Positions 26,831 through 39,900 of a stretch of 64,000 bases of DNA are shown here, piece after piece. The notes beneath the pieces are model-generated. The model searched no databases, had not been told where the DNA came from, and was given only the letters and a program-made list of their open reading frames with translations. Within the stretch, counting starts at the first letter, position 1. The number at the start of each line of letters is the position of its first letter. Source of the stretch: the human T2T-CHM13v2.0 reference genome, Homo sapiens. The translations under genes were made by a program, and so were the position numbers. The stretch is taken from NCBI RefSeq assembly GCF_009914755.1, contig NC_060925.1. One strand, written 5' to 3'.

Positions 26831-29699
26831 CTCAGTTCTAAGAGAATGATGCTCAAGGTTAGAAATCCAAAGTACGGGCAAAGAGATTCTCTTTAAAGGG
26901 GATGACGAAGATCTTCTCTATGGTAACTAGAGTGAAGGAGGAGGGACACAGAAGACTTAAGTGGGTTTTCTTTTCGCTCTTTCACGTTGGACAAGTTTGA
27001 TGGCTTCTATTTCCTATGTGAAGTACGAGGTGCCAGAATAATACTGAAGAAAGGAATACTTCACACTGGGGAAATATGTGTATTATTGTTCCTTGATGAT
27101 CCAAAGAAGCTAGTCAGTTCCTCCACTAATTGCCTACTGGGGATGCAGGTTTTTCCCAGAAGACGTGGTAAAAACAAATCATGGCAATTTTGTAAATTTG
27201 CAAAATTCACTGTTTCTGCTTCCCTTTTTCTCCAAGTTTTCATTGCCACTAACATAATTTCCTCAGGATAAACTCAGGCGAGAAATATAAATCTTGAACA
27301 GATTGTTTTTTGAAGCCAGTTGTCTTGTGGGTCAACAGCAGGCTGGACACAAAATAACAAAGCTAAGAAAATGTTATATGACTTGCATCCTGAAGATGTG
27401 AAAAACACCGACACCTTTAAATATTCCTGAGTGTAAGTAAGAATTCAATCTGGTGTAATCTAAATTGAATGCAATCATTTCTTAAAGAAGTTCATAAAAG
27501 TTAATAGGTAGAAACTTTATTGCTTTCATTACTGTTGGATTTGCTGTATCGTTAAAGTAATAATGTTGCGTGACACAGGTAAACTATCTGGACTTCTGCT
27601 TTCATTTATCGAATATAAAGATAGGGCAATTTCTTGTTAGTCTTCGTAAGTACAAGTTAGTATCATGCAATTAATTAGTATAATTAGCATTTTGGGGATA
27701 AATTTTACTTATAGAAACAACTTAGTTGATAGATTTAGCACACACTCAATTCCACAAAAACACAACTATAACACAAGTGGAACACTCAATTCGAGGTAAT
27801 TTCAGCCTTCTGTAAAAAAATCACTCAAGAGAAGTACTGCAGAGGAAGCTTCCTCAAGTAGTGCACCACTGCTAACCTTTGAAATTGTAAGCTCTTCGCC
27901 AGCTGAAACAGAGGGATAGTTGAATTACAATTTAACCAAAATGATTGAGGGTTTAAATTATTGGGTTGGATTTCATTGAGTAGAAATAAAATGTTTTCCA
28001 GAGGACCACTGTTTCTCGACTCTATTAACACTGCTGTAATTTCTGTGTTTCCTTCTCATGAAGTAATTGTATTTTAGTAAAATTTGATGGTTAGCAAGAA
28101 TATGTATGGGTAGAGGACACTTACTTAAACAGACTGAGTGCTTTACTGATCAGGTGGGCAACTTCCAATCTGGTCTTAAAACACGTGAACAGACACTAGG
28201 AAATCTGTAGCCATTGGTCTCATATTTTCACCAACTGGTCAAGTAACTATGGAAGACCAGAGCATCTGGAAGATGGACTAGACCAGAAACGCATCGGTCT
28301 TAAGTTGGATTCTCCAGATTGAGAGAGGACACGATTATGATTTTTCAGTCGTCTGTCTTAAAGCTTTATTCAGGCAGATGGTTAGAATAATGAACAAGGG
28401 CTGAGTGGCATGGCAGCACACAGGTATTTAAGGGGTTGGCTTGTGGTTAAAAACCTGTTTTGGGGGGAATTGCAAGGACTTGGCATGCAATGGTGCTTGG
28501 TGAAAGCTGAGGTAAATCAGCACAGATGTGAGCTCATATCGCTGTTGAGGGTTCCATGAACAAAAGGCTCCTGCAGTTTTATGGATCCAGGGACCATGAG
28601 AAAGGGTAAGGGCTAGATGTGGAAAAGTACGGATAGGGGAAAGCTGCCTCCCCACCTCAGTGTTCGGCACAGCCAGCGCGTTGAAGACTCTGGAGGGAGT
28701 TGCAGTCAAGGGTTCGCTCTGACCTCTCTGGCTTGTCATGTTCTTTTGCATAATCACATTTATATCTTAAGCGTCTTTATTCCTTGCTCATCTTTATTCC
28801 TTGCACTTTGTCTGGTGCTGTAGGCAGAGCCTTCTTGTAAGGCAGGAGAAGGGGAGAAACTTAAAGACAACTTTCCTATCTTTGACTCAGTATTCAGTAC
28901 TTTACCACATGTAGCCCTTTCCCTTTCTCACGCTCCCTGGTTTGGGGATCCATAAAATTGCAGGGGCCTTTCGTTCATGGAACCCTCGACAGTGACATGA
29001 CCTTCGCATCTGTGCTGATTTACCTTCACCAAGCACCACTGCATGAGAGGTGAGGTAGCGGGATGGGAAGGGATTAGGAGGAGCTGATGCTTCTTCCAGT
29101 GTTATACACTGGAATGCATTATCATAGTCAGTGATTAGAGGCTTCACGGTAACTTTCATTTTGGTTCCTTGCTGCTTTAGGGTCCTCTGACACCTTATAG
29201 CTCAGCTCTCTCCCCAGGTCAGCTGATCCACCAATATTAACCACTTCTTTTCCCAGTATCTTCCGTCCAGGAAGATTCAACAGAGTCTGACTGGGAAATA
29301 GGACACATGAAAAATGCATTCATTTCTTCATCAAGCATTTATTGACACATTAGTATGCATTTGATATCATATAAATTCCATAAAGTATCAGTAGAACATG
29401 ACCCCTCAGTTTAAGAAGTAGGTTATGGTTTAGTAGATACATACGGTCATAAAACATTAGGTCAGTATGGTATTGGAGTTTTTTATTGTAGAGGTAAGTT
29501 TAGGGTACGGAATGAACACAAAATAAGCCTCACCAAGGTTGGGTGGAGGGATGTATGAGAGAGGAGTGCTAATCAGAGTCAAAGAGGACTTTGTATGTTC
29601 GTGAGAAATACTGAGTCTTAAAAGTGTGTAGATAACTGCCTGGTGAAGGGGGTTGGAGAAGATTATCATTGTCATGGGAAGCAGCATAAGAAAAGCCAT

Positions 29700-29988
29700 A
29701 GCTCCATTATGCTTAGCAAACTAACGCAGGAGCAGAAAACCAAATACCACATGTCATCACTTATAAGTGGGAGGTAAATGATGAGAACACATGGACACAT
29801 AGAGGGGAACAACACACACTGGGGCCTCCCAGAGAGTGGAGGGTGAAAGGAGGGAAAGGAACAGGAAAAATATAACTAATTAGTACTAGGCTTGATACCT
29901 GGGTGACAAAATAATATTACAACAAAGCCCCATAACAAAAGTTCACCTATGTAACAAACCTGCACATGTATGCCTGAAATTAAAAGGT

Positions 29989-29990
<2 letters not shown>
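29700..29990 (+). mobile_element. Short L1P 3' end
   Basis: 'ccattatgcttagcaaactaacgcaggagcagaaaaccaaataccacatg...gtaacaaacctgcacatgta'. Confidence 0.88.

Positions 29991-30038
<48 letters not shown>
29991..30038. repeat. (AC)24 microsatellite replacing the L1 tail
   Basis: Read directly from the sequence. Confidence 0.95.
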
Positions 30039-30040
<2 letters not shown>

Positions 30041-30965
30041 CATAGCTGAATGTAAGGGCTCAGCTTGCTTTCTGCCATCTTCTCTAAATGTGTTTGTGAT
30101 CATTCTCTTCTCTATACTTGTACTAATATGTATATTTTTCTATTTATTATTTATTTTGCCATACTTAATGTAAAGATTCTCAATTATAGGGAGAATATAA
30201 ATTAGAAATGTCTAAAATGGTAAAAAAAAAAAGTGTCTGAGTTTAGCACAAACTAACATTTCTACAGGCATTCTGCAAACATTCCATCTGGCTCTGGTGC
30301 GAGGAAAGAACCCACAGCTGGCTCTGAAGGGAATGTAAATATGCACATTAGACACAATCACCTTACTCAAATGTTATGCTAACATTTTACAACAAGCAGG
30401 AAGAATAACCTTGGCTGATGAGATTCTGAAACACATTTTGATTTGGGAGTCTTGGTAAGTTATACAACAATTAGTGAGAATAGGAATTGTCCTGTGATTT
30501 CACGTATCCCTACTTTCCTCATTCTGAAAGAAAAGCACGAAATCATCTTATATCCTCAGTTTACCTCCCTTTCCATTTAAAAGTCAGTATTAGGTTAATT
30601 TTGTCATTTTCATTCCATTAATTTTCTTCCCATTGACTTTCATTCAGTTAATGTTGTCATTTTGGTAATTCTCAGGCTATTCACATGACACGAACCTAGT
30701 TAATATCATGAGAACTATTGAACTATCCCTACCTGAACTCCCTCACATCAATATCTTCCCTACCCATCTTCCTATCAATGCACCAATATTTCCAAAATGG
30801 AAACAGAAAATATTACTCTCTTGTGTGCTCAGAGCCTTTAACAACATCTTACTGCCTGCACAGCAAAGCTAAGAACTTTATTTCACCCAGTGATTTCTAC
30901 AGTTTGACTCCAAGTATTTTATTTTCTAAGCATACCTTCAGCACTCACCTTTTTGAATCTTTTTT

Positions 30966-32217
30966 AAAAAAAAACTATACTTAAATAAAACAGTATTTAT
31001 CGTGTTGTACATGATAAATATATACAATTTTAATTTGTCAGTTAAAAATAAATGAATAAAGAAATAAAAACAAAGTAAGTAAAGAAATAAGAACAAAACA
31101 AACAAAAAACTGTTTTAAAATTTCAATAGCTTTGAGGGTACAAGTTTTGAGGATTATAAATCATGCTACTATAAAGACACATGCACACGTATGTTTATTG
31201 TGGCACTACTCACACTTGGAACCAACCCAAATGTCCATCAACAATAGACTGGATAAAAAAATTGTGGCACATATACACCATAGAATACTAAGCAGCTATA
31301 AAAAAGGATGAGTTCATGTCCTTTGCAGGGACATGGATGAAGCTGGAAACCATCATTCTCAGCAAACTATCACAAGGTCAGAAAACCAAACACCGCATGT
31401 TCTCACTCATAAGTGGGAATTGAACAATGAGAACACATGGACACAGAGAAGGGAACATCACACACAGGGGCCTGTTGTGGGATGGGGGACTGGGGGAGGG
31501 ATAGCGTTAGGAGAAATACCTAATGTAAATGACGAGTTGATAGGTGCAGCAAACCAACATGGCACATGTATACCTATGTAACAAACCTGCACTTTGTGCA
31601 CATGTACCCTAGAACTTAAAGAATAATAAAAAAATCCATAATAATAGTGGTATTATGTGATCAGCTTTTGATTAAATACTGACTCATTCATTCCATAGTA
31701 TTCACTGAGCCCAGCTGTGGGTCAGGCCCTTTGATAGGTCCTGAGGACACAGCAGTAACTTTAGCTGGCTGAAGTGGTGGAAAGACAGTTGGAGTGGCCA
31801 CAGGTAACTCCATTTACCCTTTTGCACAAGAAAATTAAATACACGTGTCCTAGGTGCCAAAGGTGCTTATGGAGTCAAGTATATGAGCTGCCTTTAGGGA
31901 AATATTAAGCCTAACTCTGGGTTGGGCTTTATCCAGCCCCATAAACTTAAAATTGAGTAATTTGGGGCACGTATTTTAAACATTTTTCATCTGTAGAATT
32001 AGAACACTACTACCTACCTCATATTTTGGAGCATATTATGTGAAAAAGGCCCAGAAAAAAACTATATTTTTTTAAAAAACAGTATTTATCTTGTTGTACA
32101 TGATCATTATATACAATTTTAATTTGTCGATTAAAAATAAATGAATAAGTAAAGAAATAAAAACAAAACAAACAAAAAACTATATTTTAAAATTTCAATA
32201 GCTTTGAGGGTACAAGT
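30966..32217. repeat. ~165-180-bp direct repeat pair (30966-31145 and 32055-32217)
   Basis: Both copies read aaaaaactata...cagtatttatc.tgttgtacatgat...tttcaatagctttgagggtacaagt. Confidence 0.9.
31150..31635 (+). mobile_element. L1PA 3' end (~0.5 kb)
   Basis: 'ggattataaatcatgctactataaagacacatgcacacg...ccctagaacttaaagaataataaaaaaa'. Confidence 0.93.
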
Positions 32218-33110
32218 AGTTTTTGGTTACCTGGATGAACTGCCTAGTGGTGAAGTCTGAGATTTTAGCGCACCTATCACCTGAGTAGTGTACACTGCAC
32301 CTAATATGTAGTTTTTTAAATCCCCTACTCCCCTCCCACTCTCTCACCTTTTCAGTTCCCAATGTCCATTATACCACTGTGTGTGCCTGTGCATACCCAT
32401 AGCTTAGCTCCCACCTGTAAGTGAGCACATACAATATTTGCCATTTCTGAGTTACTTCACTTAGAATAGTGACCTCCAGCTCCATCCAAGTTGCTGAGAG
32501 GCATTATTTCATTTTTTTCATGGTTTAGTAGTATTCCATGATGTATAACCCATTTACTTTATCCTCTCATCGGTTTATGGGCACTTAGGTTGGTTACAGA
32601 TCCTTGCAATTGTGAATTGAGCTGCGATAAACATACACATGTGCATGTCTTTTTGATATAATGACTTCTTTTCCTTTGGGTAGATACCCAGTAGTGGGAT
32701 TGCTGGATTGAATTTTAGATCTACTTTTGTTTTTTTGAAAAATCTCCATACTGTTTTCTATAGAGGTTATACTAATTTACATTCCCACCAGCAGTGGATA
32801 AGCATTCCCTTTTTACCACATCCACGCCAACATCTATTGTTTTTTGACTTTATAATAATGGCCATTCTGGCTGGGGTAGGGTAGAATCTCATTGTGGTTT
32901 TAATTTGCATTTCCCTGATTATTAGTGATGTTAAACATTTAAAAAATTTGTTTGTTGGTCATTTGTATATCTTCTTTTGAGAAATGTCTATTCATGTCAT
33001 TTGCCCACTTTTTGATAGGATTATTTGTTTTTTCTTGCTGATTTGCTTGAGTTCCTTGTAGATTCTGGATATTAGTCCTTTGTCAGATGCATAATTTGCA
33101 AAATATTTCT
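32185..33110 (-). mobile_element. L1PB-like 3' end
   Basis: 'tttcaatagctttgagggtacaagtagtttttggttac..gatgaa...gtggtgaagtctgagattttag'. ORF2 peptide [18 protein letters not shown]. Confidence 0.88.
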
Positions 33111-33266
33111 TTTTGAATCTTCTTACAAAGACAAGTGAATCATTCACACATTCTCTTCCGACATTCTCCAGATGACTTTGAGTTTTCTTCAACAGTCTCA
33201 TAAATTACTTTCATTTTTGTTTATAATTTGTTTTGTGTTTTTGACATTTTGAAAGTTAAGGAATTT

Positions 33267-33577
33267 TATTTATTTTTATTTTTATTTTTTGAGATGGAAT
33301 CTCACTCACTTTGTCTCCCAGGCTGGAGTGCAGTGGTGCGATCTTGACTCACTGCAACCGTCCACCTCCCAGGTTCAAGCAATTCTCCTGTCTCGGCCTC
33401 CTGAGTAGCTGGGACTACAGGTGTACACCACCACACTTGGCTAATTTTTGTATTTTATTACAGATGGGGTTTCACCAAGTTGGTCAGGCTGGTCTCGAAC
33501 TCCTGACCTCAAGTGATCCACGTGACTCAGCCTGTCAAAGTGCTGGGATTAAAGGGGTGAGCCACAGCATCTGGCCA
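33267..33577 (-). mobile_element. AluS-like element
   Basis: Full-length Alu with 'ctcctgacctcaagtgatcc'. Confidence 0.92.
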
Positions 33578-34411
33578 AAACGTTAGGGAGTTTTAATATA
33601 TTTATCTCAGGGTTCCTTCAAACAAATTTTATATTTATAAGAATACTGCAATGCATCTTTAACTCTTATAATTATATATATTCCTTTGAGTATATGTATT
33701 TTTCTTCACTAGTAAGGACTATTAGCCAACTTGGTTAAATAATGCCTAAATAAATAAAAAATTTTAAAACTAATTTTTATTTTTTGGCAGTTCAATCATT
33801 GAATAAACTTTTATGAGATGATTTGAATTTATATCATATATTTTGGTTCCTTAAATATGTCTTTTCATTTTCCACCAGTTAGTACCAATGTGACACATAT
33901 CAAAAATGATTTTCTATCTCCTTCATACCAATCATACCCATTTTAAAGGTTTTAAAGTCTTTGTTTTAATTAGTTTTATCTAAAAAGTCTTCCCCATCTG
34001 ATTGTGCTTACAATCAAATCTGAGTAAGGTATTTCATATGCAGATAATTTATTGACAGTTGAAAATCAGGGAGATACTGTTCACCGTATTTTGAGAGAAA
34101 TTTATTTTTAGTGGTAGGTCATTGTGGATTTTTTGATATGCATGTAAATATGCACTTTGATTGGCTTTAATAATCAATCCCCAGACAACTCCAAAGTTGT
34201 AATCATTCATAATTTTTAAAGATGAGCCTTTGAACTGGAATGAAGAAACATGGATTGATGTTCCAAGTCAGCAGCACATTAGTGAAAAATGAATAGTTTG
34301 GGAAAGTTGGTCTCCATGATCCTCTCAGCTCATGTGTTCTGTTATTCTAAATTTAATTGTTTTGGATGTACCCATTCCATTCCTGCCTTAGGTGCGGATC
34401 CCCCTGGAGGG

Positions 34412-35341
34412 ATGGGATTGGGCAATGAGAGTTCCCTAATGGATTTCATCCTTCTAGGCTTCTCAGACCACCCTCGTCTGGAGGCTGTTCTCTTTGTATT
34501 TGTCCTTTTCTTCTACCTCCTGACCCTTGTGGGAAACTTCACCATAATCATCATCTCATATCTGGATCCCCCTCTTCATACCCCAATGTACTTTTTTCTC
34601 AGCAACCTCTCTTTACTGGACATCTGCTTCACTACTAGCCTTGCTCCTCAGACCTTAGTTAACTTGCAAAGACCAAAGAAGACGATCACTTACGGTGGTT
34701 GTGTGGCGCAACTCTATATTTCTCTGGCACTGGGCTCCACTGAATGTATCCTCTTGGCTGACATGGCCTTGGATCGGTACATTGCTGTCTGCAAACCCCT
34801 CCACTATGTAGTCATCATGAACCCACGGCTTTGCCAACAGCTGGCATCTATCTCCTGGCTCAGTGGTTTGGCTAGTTCCCTAATCCATGCAACTTTTACC
34901 TTGCAATTGCCTCTCTGTGGCAACCATAGGCTGGACCATTTTATTTGCGAAGTACCAGCTCTTCTCAAGTTGGCTTGTGTGGACACCACTGTCAATGAAT
35001 TGGTGCTTTTTGTTGTTAGTGTTCTGTTTGTTGTCATTCCACCAGCACTCATCTCCATCTCCTATGGCTTCATAACTCAAGCTGTGCTGAGGATCAAATC
35101 AGTAGAGGCAAGGCATAAAGCCTTCAGCACCTGCTCCTCCCACCTTACAGTGGTGATTATATTCTATGGCACCATAATCTACGTGTACCTGCAACCTAGT
35201 GACAGCTATGCCCAGGACCAAGGGAAGTTTATCTCCCTCTTCTACACCATGGTGACCCCCACTTTAAATCCTATCATCTATACTTTAAGGAACAAGGATA
35301 TGAAAGAGGCTCTGAGGAAACTTCTCTCGGGAAAATTGTGA
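34412..35341 (+). CDS. OR2G3: Olfactory receptor family 2 subfamily G member 3, 309 aa
   Basis: Intact 930-bp ORF from MGLGNESS. Motifs [38 protein letters not shown] and [14 protein letters not shown]. Likely splice acceptor 'cattccattcctgccttag' ends at 34391. Confidence 0.93.
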   Translation: MGLGNESSLMDFILLGFSDHPRLEAVLFVFVLFFYLLTLVGNFTIIIISYLDPPLHTPMYFFLSNLSLLDICFTTSLAPQTLVNLQRPKKTITYGGCVAQLYISLALGSTECILLADMALDRYIAVCKPLHYVVIMNPRLCQQLASISWLSGLASSLIHATFTLQLPLCGNHRLDHFICEVPALLKLACVDTTVNELVLFVVSVLFVVIPPALISISYGFITQAVLRIKSVEARHKAFSTCSSHLTVVIIFYGTIIYVYLQPSDSYAQDQGKFISLFYTMVTPTLNPIIYTLRNKDMKEALRKLLSGKL

Positions 35342-35951
35342 TTCCTATGGACATGATTTGCAAGGAATTCATTATAAGCCAGGTAGCTTATTCAGCTTCT
35401 ATTTAGTCAAACCCATAGTTCTAAATTTCACATGAACTATATTACTGCTCACTTATTTTCTCTTCATAAGGGACTTTTTCCTTTTTTATGTGTAACTAAG
35501 TAAAATGTTTATATGTTTATTTGAGAGCATAAACTATTGAAAAGAGAGCTGTGGATGGTTGTAAATTGTGATCCTCACCACAAAGCCTCTATTTTATGTC
35601 TGATACTTATTCCCAGGGATTCAGAAAAATAAATTATTAAGTATTTACCATGTATTTATCTAGGTTAGGAGACTTTTCTTCAGTTTTAATAAAATGTTCA
35701 GTTTCCTGCCAAACACTTTACATTTACATCGTAATGTCCTTCATTATAGCTTTATGTTGAAAATAAGCAATTCCTGCATGTGCTCGTAGTTCAAATTTAT
35801 TGATCAGTAGGATATTGCATAAGCTATTTTTAAATAACCGTTCCAAATACATTTTAAGAATTTATAAGGGGTAACAAGAACAAAATACGCTAAACACATT
35901 ATTTTTCATAACTTAGAGTGTGCATCTCTTTTTGTGTTCTGAGGCCACTTT

Positions 35952-36025
35952 ATCCTTGTGCAGGAGCCATGCTCATCTTCTCTGTATTATTTCAATGTTA
36001 GTATATGAGTTGCAGAAGTGAGAAC
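35952..36025 (-). pseudogene. U6 snRNA retropseudogene (U6 nt ~1-74, 3'-truncated, no poly(A))
   Basis: The reverse complement matches U6 (gttctcacttctgcaactcatatactaacattgaaataatacagagaagatgagcatggctcctgcacaaggat), including the ACAGAGA box. 13-bp TSD tgagg(c/t)cacttta at 35940 and 36026. Confidence 0.92.
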
Positions 36026-36149
36026 TGAGGTCACTTTATACATGGTAGGTACAAGACTTTTGAAAGAATAAAATAATCAAATAATTTTCTTCTATACCTT
36101 TTCATACATTCAATCAATGAGAATAATTGGACTTCAAAAGACATTATTA

Positions 36150-36970
36150 TTTTCTTTTTTTAAAAATACAGCTTCATTGAGGTATAATTGATATACATAT
36201 TTAATGTATAAAATTTGAGGAGTATGGGCTAGGCGCGGTGGCTCACACCTGTAATCCCAGCACTTTGGGAGGCTGAGGCGGGCGGATCACGAGGTCAGGA
36301 GATCGAGACCATCCTGACTAACACGGTGAAACCCCGTCTCTACTAAAAAAAAAATAAAAAAAAATTAGCTGGGCTTGGTGGCAGGTGCCTGTAGTCCCAG
36401 CTACTCGGGAGGCTGAGACAGAAGAATGGCGTGAACCCGGGATGCAGAGCTTTCAGTAAGCCAAGATCGCGCACTGCACTCCAGCCTGGGCGACAGAGCG
36501 AGACTCTGTCTCAAAAAAAAAAAAAAAAAAGAAAAAAAAAGAAAAAAAATTTGATGAGTATGATATATACATATACCCTTGAAAATATCACCACAAAGTA
36601 ATACACATAACCATTACATCTAGAAGTTTCCTTGTGCTTCTTATTTGTGCTTGTTATAACACAACATATGATCAACACTTTTAACAAATTTTTCAGTGCA
36701 CAATACTGCACTGTAAACTATAAGCACTATGCTTTATAATAGATCTCTTATAACTTATTCATCTTGCATAAATGAAACTTTGTACTTATTGAACAAAAAC
36801 TCCCCATGTTCTTGTCTCTCATCCCCTAGTAACCATCATTCTATTCTCTACTTCTATGATGGTAACTATTTTAAATATTTAATATAAGTGAAACCACACA
36901 CTACTTGCCCTTCTCTGACTAGCTTTTTTATTTAGCATAATGTCCTCCAGGTTCATTCATATTGTTGCAA
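36150..36970 (-). mobile_element. Old L1M 3' end with a nested AluY
   Basis: 'cagcttcattgaggtataattgatatac...accatcattctattctctacttctatga...tccaggttcattcatattgttgcaaa'. Confidence 0.8.
36227..36549 (+). mobile_element. AluY
   Basis: 'ggatcacgaggtcaggagatcgagaccatcctgactaacacggtg'. TSD aaaatttga(g/t)gagtatg. Confidence 0.95.
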
Positions 36971-39900
36971 AGGGGTCAATTCAGCAAGAGTATATAACAA
37001 TTGTAAACATATATGTACCTGACATTGAAGCACACAGATTATATAAAGCAACTATTATTAGAGTTAAAGAGAGAGATAGGTAGGCTCCAATACAACAATA
37101 GCTGGAGACTTCAACACCCCACTTTCAGCATTGGACAGATATTCCAGACAGAAAATCAACAAACAAACATTGGACTTAATCTGCACTACAGACCAAATGT
37201 ACCTAATAGACATTTACAGAACATTTCATCCAAGAGCTGCAGAATACACATGCTTTTCCTCAGCACATGGATCATTCTCAAGGATAGACCATATGTTAGG
37301 TCACAAAACAAGTCTTAAAACACCCCAAAAATTGAAATAATATCAAGCATCTTCTCTGACCACAGTGGAATGAAACTAGAAATTAATAACAAGAGGAATT
37401 TTGGAAACTATAAAAACACATGGAAATTAAATAATATTCTCCTGAATGACCAGTGGATCAATGAAGAAATTAAGATGGAAATTGAAAAGTTTCTTGAAAT
37501 AAATGATAATGAAAACACAACATATCAAAACCTATGGGATACAGCAAAACCAGTACTAAGAGGAAAGTTTATATCCATAAAAGCCTACATCAAAAAAGAG
37601 GAAAACTTTCAAATAAACAATCTAATGATGCATTTTGAAGAACTAGAAAAGCAAGAGCAAACCAAACCTAAAATCTGTAGAAGAAAAGAAATAAAAAGAT
37701 CAGAGCAGAAATAAATGAAATTGAAATTAAAAAGGTCAATAAAAGAAAGTTGGTTTTTTGAAAAGTTAGACAAAATTTATGAAACTTTAGCCAGACTGAG
37801 AAAAAAAGGAGAATGTCTGAATAAACAAAATCAGAATAAAAAGAGACATTATAATTGATGCTGCAGAAATTCAAAGGTTCATTAGTGGCTACAATGAGCA
37901 ACTATATGCTATTAAATTGGAAAATCTAGAAGAAATGAACAAATTTCTAGACACCTAAACAACCTACCAAGATTGAACCCTAAGGAAATTCAAAACCTGA
38001 ACAAGCCAATAACCAGTAACGAGGTCAAAGCTGTAATAAACAGTCTCCCAGTGTAGAAAAGCTTTAGGACCCAGTGGCTTCATTGCTGAATTCTACCAAA
38101 CATTTAAAGAAGGACTAACAGCAATCCTACTCAAACTATTCCAACAAATAGAGGAGGAGGGAGTACTTCCAAACTTATTCCATGAGGCCAGTATTACACT
38201 GATACCAAAACCAGACAAAGACACATCAGAAAAGGAACACCACAGGCCAATATCTCTTATGTTATTGATGCAAAAGTCCTAACAAAATTCTAGCAAACAA
38301 AATTCAACAATACATTAGAAAGAAAGATTATTAATCATGACCAAGTGGGGTTTATCCAAGGGATGCAAGGATGGTTCAGCATATGCAAATAAATCACTGT
38401 GATATATCGTATCAGTAGAATGAAGAACAAAAACCCATGTGATCACTTCAAATGATGCTGAATAAACATTTGATAAAATTCAATAATCCTTCATGGTAAG
38501 AGCCCTCAAAAAACTGGGTATAGCACCATGGAATACTATGTAGCCATAAAAAAGAAGGACTTCATGTCCTTTGCAGGGACAAGGGGGAAGCTGGAAGCCA
38601 TCATTCTCAGCAAACTAACACAGGAACAGAAAACCAAACACCACATGTTCTCACTCATAAGTGGGAGTTGAGCAATGAGAACACATGAACACAGGGAGGG
38701 GAACATCACACAACGGGGCCTGTCGGAGGCATGGAGGGTAAGGGGAAGGAGAGCATTAAGACAAATACATAATGCATGTGGGGCTTAAAACCTAGATGAT
38801 GGGTTGATAGGCACAGCAAACCACCAGGCACATGTATACCTATGTAACAAACCTGCATGCTCTGCACATGTATCTCAGAACTTAATGTAAAATTTAAAAA
38901 AACTGGGTATAGAATGAACATACTTCAACATAATAAAAGTCATGCAAAATGGACCCACAGCTAGTATCATCATGAATGGGGAAAAACTGAAAGCCTTTCT
39001 TCCAAGATCTGGATCACAACACAGATGCCCACCTTCCCCACTGTTATTCAACATAGTAGTGGAAAACCTAGCTAGAGCAATCAGACAAGAGAAAGAAATA
39101 AAGTGTGTCAAATTGGAAAGGGAGAAGTCAAATAATTATCCTTGTTTACAGAAGATATGATCTCATATTTGGAAAAACCTAAAGGCCCCACCAGAAAGCT
39201 ATTAGAACTGATAAACTCAGTAAAGTTGCAGAACACAAGAGTACAAAATAAGTAGCATTCTACATGACAACAGTGAACAATATGGAAAATAAATTTTTAA
39301 AATCCCATTTTATGTGTAGTGTCACATAAAATTAAATACCTAGGAATTAAGCTTAGCCAAAGAAGTGAAAAAGCTCTGTAATGAAAACTGTAAAACACTA
39401 ATGAAGGCAATTAAAGAGGACAACAAAAAGTGGAAAAATATTTCATGTTCATGGATTGGAAGAATCGATATTGTTAAAATGTTCTTACTACTCAGAGGAA
39501 TCTACAGATTCAAAGCAATCCCTATGAAAATACCAATGACATTCTTCACAGAAATAGAAAAAAAATTATAAAACTTATATGGACCCACAAAAGACCCAGA
39601 ATAACCAAAGCTATATTAAGCACAAAGAATAAAACTGGAGGAATCATATTACCTGACTTCAAATTATACTATAGTGCTATAGTAACCAAAACAGCATGGT
39701 ACTGGCACAAAAACTGACACAAAAATCAGTGGAACAGAATAGAGAACACAGAAACAAATTCACACATGTACAGTGAACTCATTTTCAACAAAGATGCCAA
39801 GAACATTCACTGGAAAAAGACAATCTCTTCAATAAATGGCCCTGGGAAAACTGGATATCTACATTCAGAAAATGAAACTAGACCCCCATCTCTCATCATA

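Noticed and set aside
28200-29320. Cluster of short ORFs in apparently unique sequence between OR2G2 and OR2G3
   Set aside because: No recognisable motifs or OR similarity; lengths are compatible with chance.
34289-34411. 41-aa N-terminal extension of OR2G3
   Set aside because: It crosses a probable splice acceptor at 34391, so it is likely intronic. ATG 34412 has good context and a canonical OR length.
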